Below, piece after piece: positions 19,434 to 28,715 of a stretch of 64,000 bases of DNA. A model generated the notes under the pieces. That model was not told the origin of the DNA and did no database searches. It was given only the letters and a program-made list of their open reading frames with translations. The translations under genes and the position numbers were made by a program. Location: positions 117,359 to 181,358 of the forward strand of contig CAKZGB010000008.1 in assembly GCA_936911875.1 (NCBI GenBank), given 5' to 3'. Origin of the DNA: an uncultured Lysobacteraceae bacterium (GTDB lineage Bacteria > Pseudomonadota > Gammaproteobacteria > Xanthomonadales > Xanthomonadaceae). How positions within the stretch are numbered: the stretch's first letter is position 1; each line of letters opens with the position of its first letter.

Positions 19434-19608
19434 TCTCTTGCCCTGATGAAGTCAAATGTAAGATCAACAAATTACCCGTCAAACCTACAGTGCGCACGTT
19501 TTCAAAGAAAAAAGAAACACACCTGTTTTTTTTCTCTTAAGTTTCAATAGGTTACAAGAGGGGGTGCGTTCGTTTTCTGTGTGACTCGGACGCACCACCT
19601 CGAAAACA

Positions 19609-19866
19609 ATGGTACTCACGATGAGTACTAATTCCGACCGCCTGCAGCTCTACCTGGACGCCGAACGCAAGATTTTGGCCGGCCAGACGGTGCGATTTGG
19701 TGACCGCCTGATCACGTACGCCGAGCTCGGCGATGTGCAGGCAGAGATCACCCGCCTGCAACGTGCGGTAGCCGAGGAGCAAGCCGGCAAGAATGCTGGC
19801 GCCCGCGGTCGGTTCTCCCAGGCGGACTTTGGCGGACGCCCTTGCGGCGACTGGAACACGCAATGA
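19609..19866 (+). CDS. head-tail joining protein W-like
   Basis: LQLYLDAERKILAGQTVRFGDRLITYAELGDVQAEITRLQRAV matches the lambda gpW family pattern. Positioned before the portal gene. Confidence 0.55.
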   Translation: MVLTMSTNSDRLQLYLDAERKILAGQTVRFGDRLITYAELGDVQAEITRLQRAVAEEQAGKNAGARGRFSQADFGGRPCGDWNTQ

Positions 19867-21398
19867 CCGGTTCCGCCGCCCTGGCCTCGAAGCGGTTGAT
19901 CCGCGCGATTGCCGCCGACCAATTACACGCCGAACAGTTCTCCAAAACTCCTGAAGCCCGTACCGGGGCTCCTTTGGCTCGAGCGCACGAGGCCGTGCGT
20001 CCGTCGCGCTCGCGCCGGCTTTTTGGAGATGAGGGTTCGGGCAACCGGATTGTCTCGAGCGATGCCAAGTCGCTGCGAGATCAGGCACGCGCCTTGGAGC
20101 GCGATTACGACGTCGCGGCCAACGCGCTCAACATCCTGGTCCAGAACACCGTTGGCTCGGGTATCGATGTCATGCCGGCCCCGCGGAAGGCGGGCGGCCA
20201 AGTAAACCGCGACCTCGCGCAGCAGCTGCGCGATCTGTGGGACGAATGGTGGGACCGGCCGGAAGTTACGGGCATCCATGATTTCGGCAAGTGCCAGCAG
20301 CTCATGGCTCGCTCGGCATTTCGCGATGGCGAGGCGTTCTTTCAGCACGTCCGCGGCATGATGAGCTCGCTCGATCATCTGACGATCGTGCCGTACTCGC
20401 TGGAGATGCTCGAGGCCGACCTGGTGCCGCTGCACGCCGACGATGCCTCCAGCAATCTTTCGCAAGGCGTCTACCGCAACGCGTGGGGCCGCATCACCGG
20501 TTACCAGGTCTACAAATCGCACCCCGGCGACATGATCGGGATCCGCGAAGAAACCAAATTTGTACCTGCTGACCGCCTGCAGAGCGTGGCCTGCATCAAC
20601 CGTATTGGCCAAGTCCGCGGCTTGTCGATCTTCGCTCCGGTGATGAACCGCTTCCGCGACATCCAGGACTACGAAAACTCTGAGCGCATCGCGGCCAAGG
20701 TGGCTGCGAGCTTCTGCGCACAGATCATCAAGGATACGAGCCTGCTACAGACCCCGAGCCTTGGCGGTCTGGATGCAGCCGTTGACCGGACCATTCGCAG
20801 CTTCAATATGGTCCCGGGCCTGATCGGCGATGAACTGTTGCCGGGCGAGCGGATCGAAGTGATCGACTCCAAGCGCCCGAATCCGAACATTGAAACCTAC
20901 CTCAACTCTCAGATGCGCCGTGCGGCCGGCGGGCTTGGAACCAGCTTCAGCTCGCTGTCGATGAACTACAACGGCACCTACTCGGCCCAGCGCCAGGAGC
21001 TTGTCGAGAAGTTTGGCTACTACGCCATGCTCGGCGAGTGGTTTGTGGCGAAATTCGTCCGGCCGGTCTGGGAGGAGTTCGTAATAGCTGCTGTGCAGCG
21101 CGGGCTCGTACGCATTCCGGCCGGCTGGACGATCCGCAACATACAAGCAGCACACTTCGTCCGGCCGGCCATGCCGTGGATCGACCCGCTCAAGGAAATC
21201 CTGGCGCGTCAGCAGGCTGTCGAAGCCGGTTGGCTGGCACCGCAGCAAGCGATCTTGCAATCCGGCAACGATCCCGAGGAGGTCCTACGTCTGCGCGAGG
21301 ACTGGAAGGCGCAAGCCGGCGACCCGCCCCCAACGCAACCCAACACCGAAGGCCGCGCCGCATTCGTCGCGCTGGCCAGTGGAGATCCCAATGCCTAA
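19863..21398 (+). CDS. portal protein (lambda gpB family)
   Basis: Size and N-terminal region typical of lambda-family portals. ATGA overlap with the W gene. Confidence 0.85.
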   Translation: MTGSAALASKRLIRAIAADQLHAEQFSKTPEARTGAPLARAHEAVRPSRSRRLFGDEGSGNRIVSSDAKSLRDQARALERDYDVAANALNILVQNTVGSGIDVMPAPRKAGGQVNRDLAQQLRDLWDEWWDRPEVTGIHDFGKCQQLMARSAFRDGEAFFQHVRGMMSSLDHLTIVPYSLEMLEADLVPLHADDASSNLSQGVYRNAWGRITGYQVYKSHPGDMIGIREETKFVPADRLQSVACINRIGQVRGLSIFAPVMNRFRDIQDYENSERIAAKVAASFCAQIIKDTSLLQTPSLGGLDAAVDRTIRSFNMVPGLIGDELLPGERIEVIDSKRPNPNIETYLNSQMRRAAGGLGTSFSSLSMNYNGTYSAQRQELVEKFGYYAMLGEWFVAKFVRPVWEEFVIAAVQRGLVRIPAGWTIRNIQAAHFVRPAMPWIDPLKEILARQQAVEAGWLAPQQAILQSGNDPEEVLRLREDWKAQAGDPPPTQPNTEGRAAFVALASGDPNA

Positions 21399-23598
21399 CC
21401 CCCTATCCCCCCCGACGCTTTCGTCCGCGCAGTACGCCACGCTGTCCAAGCTGCGCCCTCTCGCCCGCGCTGCGCACGCGGCGACCATGCCCCCGGTGTT
21501 GGCTCTGCAGCCCCGCGCCGAAGGCTCCCGCGAGGCGGAACTGTGGATCTATGGCCCGATCGGCGAAGACTGGTGGGATGACACGTCGCTCTCCGCAAAT
21601 GACGTCGTTTCGGCGCTCAAGGATATTCGCGTTGATGTGATCACCGTTCGGATCAACTCCTACGGTGGCTCGGTCTCGGACGGCATCGCCATCTACAACG
21701 AACTGCGCCGACACGCCGACAACTTCGGCACAAAGATCGTGGTGGAGCTGGGTTCTATTGCGGCCTCGATCGCTTCGCTGATCGCTGCCGCCGGCGACAT
21801 TGTGCGCATGCCTGCCAATGCACTGCAGATGCTCCACGCGCCCTGGGGCTATCTGTGGGTCGAAGGCAATGCAGTTGAAATGCTGAGCGCTGCCGAGGAC
21901 ATTGCCGCAGCGCTGACTGCATTCGGCAAAGCGATGGCCCCATCGTACGCCCGCAAGTCCGGCAAGCCGGCCAGCTACTACCAAGACATCTGGGACAGCG
22001 GCAAGGATCGGTGGCTGACTGCCGAGGAATGTCTTGCCGAGGGACTGATCGACGAGATCATCGGCACTGCACAGACCGATGACACGGAACTGCAAGCCGC
22101 ATTCCAACCGTTGTACGCCCGCCCGGGCGCCCCTGTGCAACAGATTCAAGCCGCACTTCGCGGCTCGCAACAACCCCCGGTGTTTGCACCGATCTCTACC
22201 CCGGCGGCGGGTGCTGCCGCACCTTCCCCCTCCACTCAAGGAACCACTGATATGCCGACCGCAACTCAGCCGGCCACCACGCCGGATTCGACCGTTGACG
22301 TTGCTGCACAAGCTGCTGCATCTGTCCGCGCCGCAATCGCCACCCGCAATGCGGAAATTCTTGCCATGACGGAACCGCACCGCGGCAACCCGGAAGTGAT
22401 GACGATCGTTAACGCCGCCCTGGCCAATCCCGATGATGCCGTCACTGCCCAATCGGTCGGCCACGAAGTGCTGCGTGCACTGGGCGGCCAAACGGAGCCG
22501 CTGGGCGGCTTCCAACGCGTCGAGGCTGGCGTCGACGCGCGTGATCGCCGCATTCAGGGCATGACCCTCGCGATCCAAGCTCGCGCCGGTGTCAGGGTTG
22601 ACGCGGCCGGCAACCAATTCCGCGGTTTGTCGCTGCGTGAAATGGCCCGTGCTTGCGCCGAGGCGGCCGGTGTCGATACCCGCGGCATGGCGCCGTCGCA
22701 GTTCATTCAAGCGGCGATTACCCACACTAGCTCCGACTTCCCGGCCATCGCCGGTAATACGGTGCGCAGCGCCGCGCTGCGTGGCTATGCCGACACGCCG
22801 GAGAATTTCAGCAGCTTCACTACGGCTGCCTCGGTTCCGGATTTCAAAGTGACATCGCTCGCCGGCCTGGGCACGTTTATCGGAATCACTGAGGTGCCCG
22901 AAGGTGCCGAGTACAACTATGGAACCTTCTCCTCGCAAGGTGCAGAAGTCCAAATCGTAAAGCGTGGCGGCATTTTCTCGATCACTGAAGAGGCCATCAT
23001 CAACGATGACCTTGGCTGGTTCGACAAGGTCCCGTATCGCATGGGCGCAGCGGCCAAGCGTTCGCTGGGTGACGAGGTCTTCGGCATCCTGACCAAGAAC
23101 GCCAACTTGGCCGATGGCCAACCGCTCTTCCACGCCTCGCACGGCAACCTAGCAACGGGTGCCGCGCTGCTGACCGCCTCGCTCGAGGCCATGTTTGCAT
23201 CGATGGCCACGATTACCGACAGCAATGGCAACCTGCTCCATCTGCAAGGCCGAGTGCTCGTCGTGCCGGTGGGTCTGGGTGCCACGGCTCGTGCGATTTT
23301 GGAATCGCAAGTCGAGATCATCGCCGGCAAGAACGCCACCGCACCGAACACGATGCGCGGCCGCTTTGCGGTTGTCGAAGATGCACGTCTCGACGTCGCC
23401 GATCCGAAAGCCTGGTACATCATCGCCGACCCGGCGCTGGTGGACACCATCATCGTCGCCTACCGCGACGGCGTTCAAGAACCGACTGTTACCACCAAGC
23501 AGGGCTGGAACGTTGAAGGCATCGAAGTGAAGGTCCGCCTGGATGCCAAGCCCGGCCTCGTCGATTACCGCGGCCTGCGCAAGAACCCGGGCGTCTAA
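21391..23598 (+). CDS. prohead protease (S49/ClpP family) - Ala/Pro-rich linker - major capsid protein fusion
   Basis: N-terminal ClpP/S49 protease domain (ELWIYGPIGEDWW...INSYGGSVSDGIAIYN). Low-complexity middle region. C-terminal ~330 aa with HK97-fold capsid character. GGAG SD before ATG 21391. Confidence 0.8.
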   Translation: MPNPLSPPTLSSAQYATLSKLRPLARAAHAATMPPVLALQPRAEGSREAELWIYGPIGEDWWDDTSLSANDVVSALKDIRVDVITVRINSYGGSVSDGIAIYNELRRHADNFGTKIVVELGSIAASIASLIAAAGDIVRMPANALQMLHAPWGYLWVEGNAVEMLSAAEDIAAALTAFGKAMAPSYARKSGKPASYYQDIWDSGKDRWLTAEECLAEGLIDEIIGTAQTDDTELQAAFQPLYARPGAPVQQIQAALRGSQQPPVFAPISTPAAGAAAPSPSTQGTTDMPTATQPATTPDSTVDVAAQAAASVRAAIATRNAEILAMTEPHRGNPEVMTIVNAALANPDDAVTAQSVGHEVLRALGGQTEPLGGFQRVEAGVDARDRRIQGMTLAIQARAGVRVDAAGNQFRGLSLREMARACAEAAGVDTRGMAPSQFIQAAITHTSSDFPAIAGNTVRSAALRGYADTPENFSSFTTAASVPDFKVTSLAGLGTFIGITEVPEGAEYNYGTFSSQGAEVQIVKRGGIFSITEEAIINDDLGWFDKVPYRMGAAAKRSLGDEVFGILTKNANLADGQPLFHASHGNLATGAALLTASLEAMFASMATITDSNGNLLHLQGRVLVVPVGLGATARAILESQVEIIAGKNATAPNTMRGRFAVVEDARLDVADPKAWYIIADPALVDTIIVAYRDGVQEPTVTTKQGWNVEGIEVKVRLDAKPGLVDYRGLRKNPGV

Positions 23599-23694
23599 GC
23601 CCGTACGGATCCCGAGTGCGGTCCACCCCTTCCGCACTCGGGATCCACCTCTTTCATCCCCCATTCCTGCCTTTCCACTCAAGGAACCCCTGAT

Positions 23695-24021
23695 ATGGCA
23701 ACTAACTACAAAGAACGCGGCGAGACGATTACGTTCGTCGCAGAGTCGGCGCTGACCTCGGGCGCCCTCGTCCTGCTCGACGGCCTGGCCGTTGTCAGCC
23801 TCAATGACACCGCCGCCGGTGATACGGCCGTCGGTCACGCCGAAGGTGTCTACAACCTGCCAGCTCTGGCGGGCACCGAAGCAGAGATCGGCGCCATCGC
23901 TTACGTCACCGCCGGCGGCGACGTCACGGACGTTGCGACTGACAACACCCGTATCGGTCGCTTCTGGAGCGCTGTTGGCGCTTCCGACACCAAGGCTCGC
24001 GTCAAACTCAACGCCGCCTAA
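23695..24021 (+). CDS. small capsid-associated protein (DUF2190-like, possible decoration protein)
   Basis: 108 aa directly after the capsid gene, AAGGAA SD. Gly/Ala/Thr-rich beta composition. Confidence 0.4.
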   Translation: MATNYKERGETITFVAESALTSGALVLLDGLAVVSLNDTAAGDTAVGHAEGVYNLPALAGTEAEIGAIAYVTAGGDVTDVATDNTRIGRFWSAVGASDTKARVKLNAA

Positions 24022-24024
24022 GCC

Positions 24025-24531
24025 ATGGCCATCCGTCAAACCGCCGCCGTGTTAAAAGCCATCGATTCCGGTCTGCAATTGCTGCCGGAGTCGATGGACT
24101 CGCGCGAAGCCCGCTTGCTCATGGGCGCCATCGCCCTGCAGGAATCCAAGGGCAAGCACCGCTGGCAGATCCTCAACGTCCCGGGGTTGAAAGGCCCCGC
24201 ACGTGGGCTCTGGCAGTTCGAGCGCGGCGGCGGCGTGACCGGTGTGATGCAGCATCCCCGAACTCGGAACTTTGCCAAGGCCGTTTGCGACCAGCATGGC
24301 ATTCCGTTCGTCCCGCGTTACGTGCACTCGGCGCTGGAAGTCAATGATGTGCTCGCAGCGGTATTTGCCCGCTTGCTTCTTTGGTCGGATCCGCGCCGGC
24401 TGCCGCCGATTGGCAATATCTCGGGCGCGTGGGATTGTTACGAGCGCAACTGGCGCCCCGGCAAGGCCAAGCCGATGGCGTGGCCCGAAAACTATGCGGC
24501 CGCTGTGGCGGCGCTAGGAGACATCGAATGA
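24025..24531 (+). CDS. lytic transglycosylase-like endolysin (SLT motif)
   Basis: ALQESKGKH...GPARGLWQFE resembles the SLT E-S...GLMQ catalytic signature. Leads a holin/spanin set. Confidence 0.45.
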   Translation: MAIRQTAAVLKAIDSGLQLLPESMDSREARLLMGAIALQESKGKHRWQILNVPGLKGPARGLWQFERGGGVTGVMQHPRTRNFAKAVCDQHGIPFVPRYVHSALEVNDVLAAVFARLLLWSDPRRLPPIGNISGAWDCYERNWRPGKAKPMAWPENYAAAVAALGDIE

Positions 24532-24827
24532 GCAACGCACCGGAAACGGTGAGCGTCACGCGGGAGACCGTGCGCCGCGCCTTTAATATCTTCGACAGCG
24601 TGATCATCGCCGCGCTGCTGGGTGTCGGCGCATTGCTGGTCAACCTTAATAACGCGGTCATTTCGCTGTCAGCCGATGTGAAATCGTTGACTAACGCGCA
24701 GCTGGCGCAGCAGGCGGCCCTTGGCGAGCTGCCGAACGTCCGCGCCAAGATGGCCGAGTTTGACGTCCGCATCAAGCGCAATGCCGAAGACATCGCGGAG
24801 ATCCGCGACATGCGAGGTCTCAAGTAA
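24528..24827 (+). CDS. membrane protein, lysis-associated (single TM + coiled coil)
   Basis: ATGA overlap with the upstream gene. TM helix FDSVIIAALLGVGALLVNL followed by a coiled coil. Confidence 0.4.
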   Translation: MSNAPETVSVTRETVRRAFNIFDSVIIAALLGVGALLVNLNNAVISLSADVKSLTNAQLAQQAALGELPNVRAKMAEFDVRIKRNAEDIAEIRDMRGLK

Positions 24828-25231
24828 TGAACGCTCGACACTTCACGATCGCGGGCTTCGCGGCCCTGCTCGCTGCACTCGCTGCCAACGGTAGCGCGGC
24901 ATTTGAGGCACTGGCCGGACTGCCGGTTGTGCTGCAGACGTTTTCGGCAACGATGCCGCTTGGCCTCGTCTCCGCCTTGATGACGCAAGTCATTTGCATG
25001 CTGGCTTGGTATCACCTCAACCGCCGCGGCGCCCGTTTGCACTCGTTGGATGCAGACCTGATCGCGTTGCTCTTGGGTGTCATGTTGGCCATGGCGCAGA
25101 CCTTGGTCGGCTGGCCGAAAACGGCTGACGACATTCTGCAGTCGCTGCTGGTCGGCATTTTGACGGGTCTCGCCGCACCGATCCTTGCGAAGTTGGTCAT
25201 GGCCCTGCTGCGCACGGATTCGAAAGAATGA
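24827..25231 (+). CDS. holin-like multi-TM protein
   Basis: 134 aa with 3-4 predicted TM helices, upstream of Rz/Rz1. Confidence 0.5.
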   Translation: MNARHFTIAGFAALLAALAANGSAAFEALAGLPVVLQTFSATMPLGLVSALMTQVICMLAWYHLNRRGARLHSLDADLIALLLGVMLAMAQTLVGWPKTADDILQSLLVGILTGLAAPILAKLVMALLRTDSKE

Positions 25232-25620
25232 ACCCCTTCAACCCCTATGCGCTCGGTAGTGCTGTGTTGATCCTGGTGGTCACCGCCGCCGTGTCCTACA
25301 GCTACGGCCGTGCAGCCGGTGTCGATGCCGGACGAACCGCTGCCGCTCGTCAGTACGCTGCCGACATCGATGCGTTGCGCGTCGAACGTAACGATCTGAA
25401 ATCCGCCAATGAGATCTTGACCGATGCACTGACCCGCGCTCGAGGTGCCCTCGCAATGGTCAATGAGCAGCAGCGGCTGAACGAGGCTACTCGCACCTTG
25501 GCTGGCGCCAAGTTCAGCGCCGCCGGCGCTGATGCGATTCGTAGCCGTGCCGAGCTAGAGGCATACATGCGCGACCTCAACGCACGCTGCGCGGCTGGCG
25601 ATTGTGGGGACCTGAAATGA
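25228..25620 (+). CDS. i-spanin (Rz-like)
   Basis: N-terminal TM followed by a periplasmic coiled coil. Overlapped by a lipoprotein gene. Confidence 0.65.
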   Translation: MNPFNPYALGSAVLILVVTAAVSYSYGRAAGVDAGRTAAARQYAADIDALRVERNDLKSANEILTDALTRARGALAMVNEQQRLNEATRTLAGAKFSAAGADAIRSRAELEAYMRDLNARCAAGDCGDLK

Positions 25621-25931
25621 TGCGTCTCCTCTTGCTCTCGATATTGCTGACCGGCTGCGCTGGCAATGCCGTGAAGCCGGACCCGGCGCCGCATACGACC
25701 CGCGCCCAGGCCCAGGCTGCAACGCCGACGGTTGTGGAGCGCGTAGTGGAAGTGCCGCTGAAACTCAGCGCGGAGCAGCTCGGCCTGTTTGCCGACTGCT
25801 ACAACGAGCCCGCGAAGGAAGCAACCTACAACGAAGCCAAGCGCGTGGCCAATTTGCGGGATGCCTCGATCAAAGAATGCAACGGCCGGCTTGCCAAAGG
25901 CCGTGCGTTGTTGGGCGGTGGTCAGCGATGA
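25617..25931 (+). CDS. o-spanin (Rz1-like lipoprotein)
   Basis: MMRLLLLSILLTGC lipobox. Start overlaps the Rz stop (ATGATG/TGA). Confidence 0.6.
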   Translation: MMRLLLLSILLTGCAGNAVKPDPAPHTTRAQAQAATPTVVERVVEVPLKLSAEQLGLFADCYNEPAKEATYNEAKRVANLRDASIKECNGRLAKGRALLGGGQR

Positions 25932-26752
25932 ATCAGTTGAAAATCGCATTGAACTTCGACGCCTTTACGCGATCGCTGACCGCGCTCGAGACCCGGCAGT
26001 TGCCGTTCGCCATCGTGCGTGCGACCAACGAGACGGCATTCAAGGTCCGGACGGCATGGATGGAAGAGTCCAAGCGAGTCTTTGACCGCCCGACACCGTT
26101 GACTCAGCGGGCCGCACAATGGGATCGCGCGACCAAAGCCAAGCCGTACGCAGTTATCAAACTGCGCGACGAAGCATCGAAGGGCACGCCACCGGCGAAG
26201 TACCTGCTCGCTGAAGTGCTCGGCGGCAAGCGTGTGGCGAAGGGCTTCGAGTTGCGTCTTCGCGAGGCCGGCATCATGGCCGACAGCGAGTTTGCAGTTC
26301 CTGGCAAAGGCGTTCGCCTCGATGGCTACGGCAATATCCGCGGCGGCGATCTCACGGCCATGCTCGCTGCTAGTCGTGCGCTGCGGGATTCGCGCCAGAA
26401 CAAACCCCGCAATGCATTCCGCGTGGCGGGCGATACGAAGCGCAAGTACGAACGCAACGTCATGCAAACTCGCGCGACGTTCAAGACACGCCGCAAGCGT
26501 GCGGCCAAGGTGGACTACTTCGCGATCCACATCGCAGGCAAACGACTCAAGCCGGGTGTCTATCAGCGGATGACGACTGCGTCCGGCTCGACCATTCGGC
26601 CCGCGCTCGTGTTTGTTAAACAACCGAGCTACCGCGCTCGGTACGACATCTTCAAGTATGCGGGCAAGACCTACAACCGCTACTTCCCCACCATTTTGCG
26701 CAATGAGCTGGGCAAGGCCGTGGCCAGCGCTACCGCGCGGGGTTGGGCATGA
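25928..26752 (+). CDS. hypothetical phage structural/morphogenesis protein
   Basis: Start at MNQLK, with ATGA overlap to Rz1. Basic 274-aa protein. Confidence 0.5.
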   Translation: MNQLKIALNFDAFTRSLTALETRQLPFAIVRATNETAFKVRTAWMEESKRVFDRPTPLTQRAAQWDRATKAKPYAVIKLRDEASKGTPPAKYLLAEVLGGKRVAKGFELRLREAGIMADSEFAVPGKGVRLDGYGNIRGGDLTAMLAASRALRDSRQNKPRNAFRVAGDTKRKYERNVMQTRATFKTRRKRAAKVDYFAIHIAGKRLKPGVYQRMTTASGSTIRPALVFVKQPSYRARYDIFKYAGKTYNRYFPTILRNELGKAVASATARGWA

Positions 26753-27090
26753 GCCAGCGCACCGCACTTCAAGCCATGGACTCCGCCGTGTTCGGTGCAT
26801 TCTCCGATGCGGGATTTGCCGATGCTGCCACCTACTCGGCGCCTCCGTCTGGCGCCGCCCAGGCATGTACGGTGCTTGTAGATCGCCCTCCCGCAGTGTT
26901 CGGGGATGACGAATTGCCGGTGTACACGCGGCAAGTCCTGGTGACCTTTCAGCGTGCGCAGGTGCAACCGGTCGTCGGCGGCACCGTTGCCATCGGCGCC
27001 GATACGTTTGAGCTCTGGCGCGTTCTGCGCGAGGACGAAAGCATGGCGCAATGGGTCTGTGCGCCGCGTAGTGCGGGGGCGACACCATGA
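26749..27090 (+). CDS. head-tail joining protein (lambda FII-like)
   Basis: Pattern resembles lambda FII (VFGDDE..PVYTRQVLVT..VGGTVAIGADTFEL..V..DES..W). ATGA coupling. Confidence 0.5.
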   Translation: MSQRTALQAMDSAVFGAFSDAGFADAATYSAPPSGAAQACTVLVDRPPAVFGDDELPVYTRQVLVTFQRAQVQPVVGGTVAIGADTFELWRVLREDESMAQWVCAPRSAGATP

Positions 27091-27551
27091 GTCCGCAACC
27101 CACTCCGATCCAGACCCTGCTCGGTTGCGTTCGCACGCTCCTGGCCGACATCGTAGCCGCGAACGGGTATTGGACCGATGCTGGCGCCGATGCGCAGGTC
27201 GGCGGCGAACAGATCCTGGACGACAGCAACACCGGCTGCGCAGTGGCCGTGGTCTGGGAAAAATCATCCCGTGCACCGGAGGGTCTGCATCTCTCGCACC
27301 GCCAAGTGCAGTTCGGCGTGCTGATCAAGTGCCCTGCGAGCGTGCTCGATGCGCACCAGCAGACGCTGAAAGTCGCCGATGACGTGGAGAAGGCCCTGCG
27401 AGATCGCCAACGGTCCTATCCGGCCGGCTTTCGACACCCCGAATTTATTGAGTCCGGACCGATCCGCTCCGAAGATGCCGCCGGCTGGGTCGGCGTCCTT
27501 GCGCATTACACCAGCGTCATCCCCATCACCACGAAAGGAACAACACCATGA
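27087..27551 (+). CDS. tail completion protein (Z/U-position)
   Basis: Position between the head-tail joining gene and the major tail gene. Overlapping stops and starts. Confidence 0.45.
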   Translation: MSPQPTPIQTLLGCVRTLLADIVAANGYWTDAGADAQVGGEQILDDSNTGCAVAVVWEKSSRAPEGLHLSHRQVQFGVLIKCPASVLDAHQQTLKVADDVEKALRDRQRSYPAGFRHPEFIESGPIRSEDAAGWVGVLAHYTSVIPITTKGTTP

Positions 27552-28279
27552 AAGATGCATCCTACGTCGGCTCCGGCCGTGTGTATTTGAAGGAGCTGGG
27601 CGCCAGCACCGGTTACGTGGACATCGGCAACTGTTCGCAGCTGAACATCGCGCCCCAGACCGATTCGCAGCGTCTGGCAGACTACACCCAACCGGGCGGC
27701 GGCACTGCCAATCAATTTGAGCGACTGACGTCGGTCAACATGACCATGTCGTTCCACGATTTCAACGCCGCCAACTTGGCACTGGCGTTGCGAGGCGGCA
27801 CGACGGCCGTGACCGCGGCGACCGTCACCGACGAAGTCGTTGCCGTGATCCCTGGCACCTACTCCCCGACTGCCAAGATCCCGACCGCGATCACCTCGGT
27901 CACCAGCGCCGATGGTGTGACCACCTTCGATGTGGGTGACGATTATGAGATCCGCAGCGGCGGCATCTACATCCCGATCGGCAGCGCCATCGTGACCGGC
28001 AACGTCAAGGTCAGCTATACGCACGCCGCACAGAAGGTAGTGGAGGCATTCATTTCGGCCGCGAAGAAGTACGAGCTGCTGTTCGAAGGTCTCAACGAAG
28101 CACAGAGCGGTGCACCGGTTCGCATCCAGTGCTACCGCGTGAGCACCGGCCTGCTCGGCCAACTGGCCGCCATCAGCACCGACTATGCCGCCGGCGAAGT
28201 CTCGGGCGAGCTACTCAAGGACTCCACGCGCACCGGTGCGGGTCTGAGCCAATACCTGACCGTCACGGTGTCGGAATAA
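27548..28279 (+). CDS. major tail protein (gpV-like)
   Basis: 243 aa, position before the G/GT pair, beta-rich. Confidence 0.6.
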   Translation: MKDASYVGSGRVYLKELGASTGYVDIGNCSQLNIAPQTDSQRLADYTQPGGGTANQFERLTSVNMTMSFHDFNAANLALALRGGTTAVTAATVTDEVVAVIPGTYSPTAKIPTAITSVTSADGVTTFDVGDDYEIRSGGIYIPIGSAIVTGNVKVSYTHAAQKVVEAFISAAKKYELLFEGLNEAQSGAPVRIQCYRVSTGLLGQLAAISTDYAAGEVSGELLKDSTRTGAGLSQYLTVTVSE

Positions 28280-28283
28280 AGCC

Positions 28284-28715
28284 ATGACTGATCCGTTCGA
28301 GGTACTGACACCGGTCGAAGCGGTCCGCACCTTGACCATCCGTGGCGCCACGATTCCTGTGGCGCCGCTGGTGGCCAAGCAATTTGGACCCGTTGCCAGG
28401 CATATGCGTCCGCTGCTCGAAGGCGCATCGAACGCGCTCGACGCGTGGCGCGGCGGTTCGCTTTCCGGCGATGAGATCACGGCCGAAGAACTCTCCCTGT
28501 TGACCACGCTGGTCGAGGCCCATTGCGATGATCTGATCGCAGCGGTAGCCGCTGCAACGAATCAGCCGATCGATTGGGTTGGCAACCTTCTGCCCAACGA
28601 ATTGGCCGCGCTGGCGAGCGAGGTCTGGAGTGTCAACAAGGATTTTTTCGCCAGGACCCTGGGATCGCTCACGGCGATGGTCACCAGGGTGCCGGTGGAT
28701 CCGACGAACCACTGA
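28284..28715 (+). CDS. tail assembly chaperone G
   Basis: 143 aa acidic protein directly upstream of the tape measure gene, with a -1 frame extension. Confidence 0.6.
   Translation: MTDPFEVLTPVEAVRTLTIRGATIPVAPLVAKQFGPVARHMRPLLEGASNALDAWRGGSLSGDEITAEELSLLTTLVEAHCDDLIAAVAAATNQPIDWVGNLLPNELAALASEVWSVNKDFFARTLGSLTAMVTRVPVDPTNH

Noticed and set aside
21403-23142. 579-aa ORF antisense to the protease-capsid gene
   Set aside because: High-GC antisense artefact (Arg/Gly-rich). The sense strand has a clear domain match.
25922-27328. 468-aa minus-strand ORF across several tail and head-completion genes
   Set aside because: Antisense, Arg/Pro-rich, and spans multiple well-coupled plus-strand genes.
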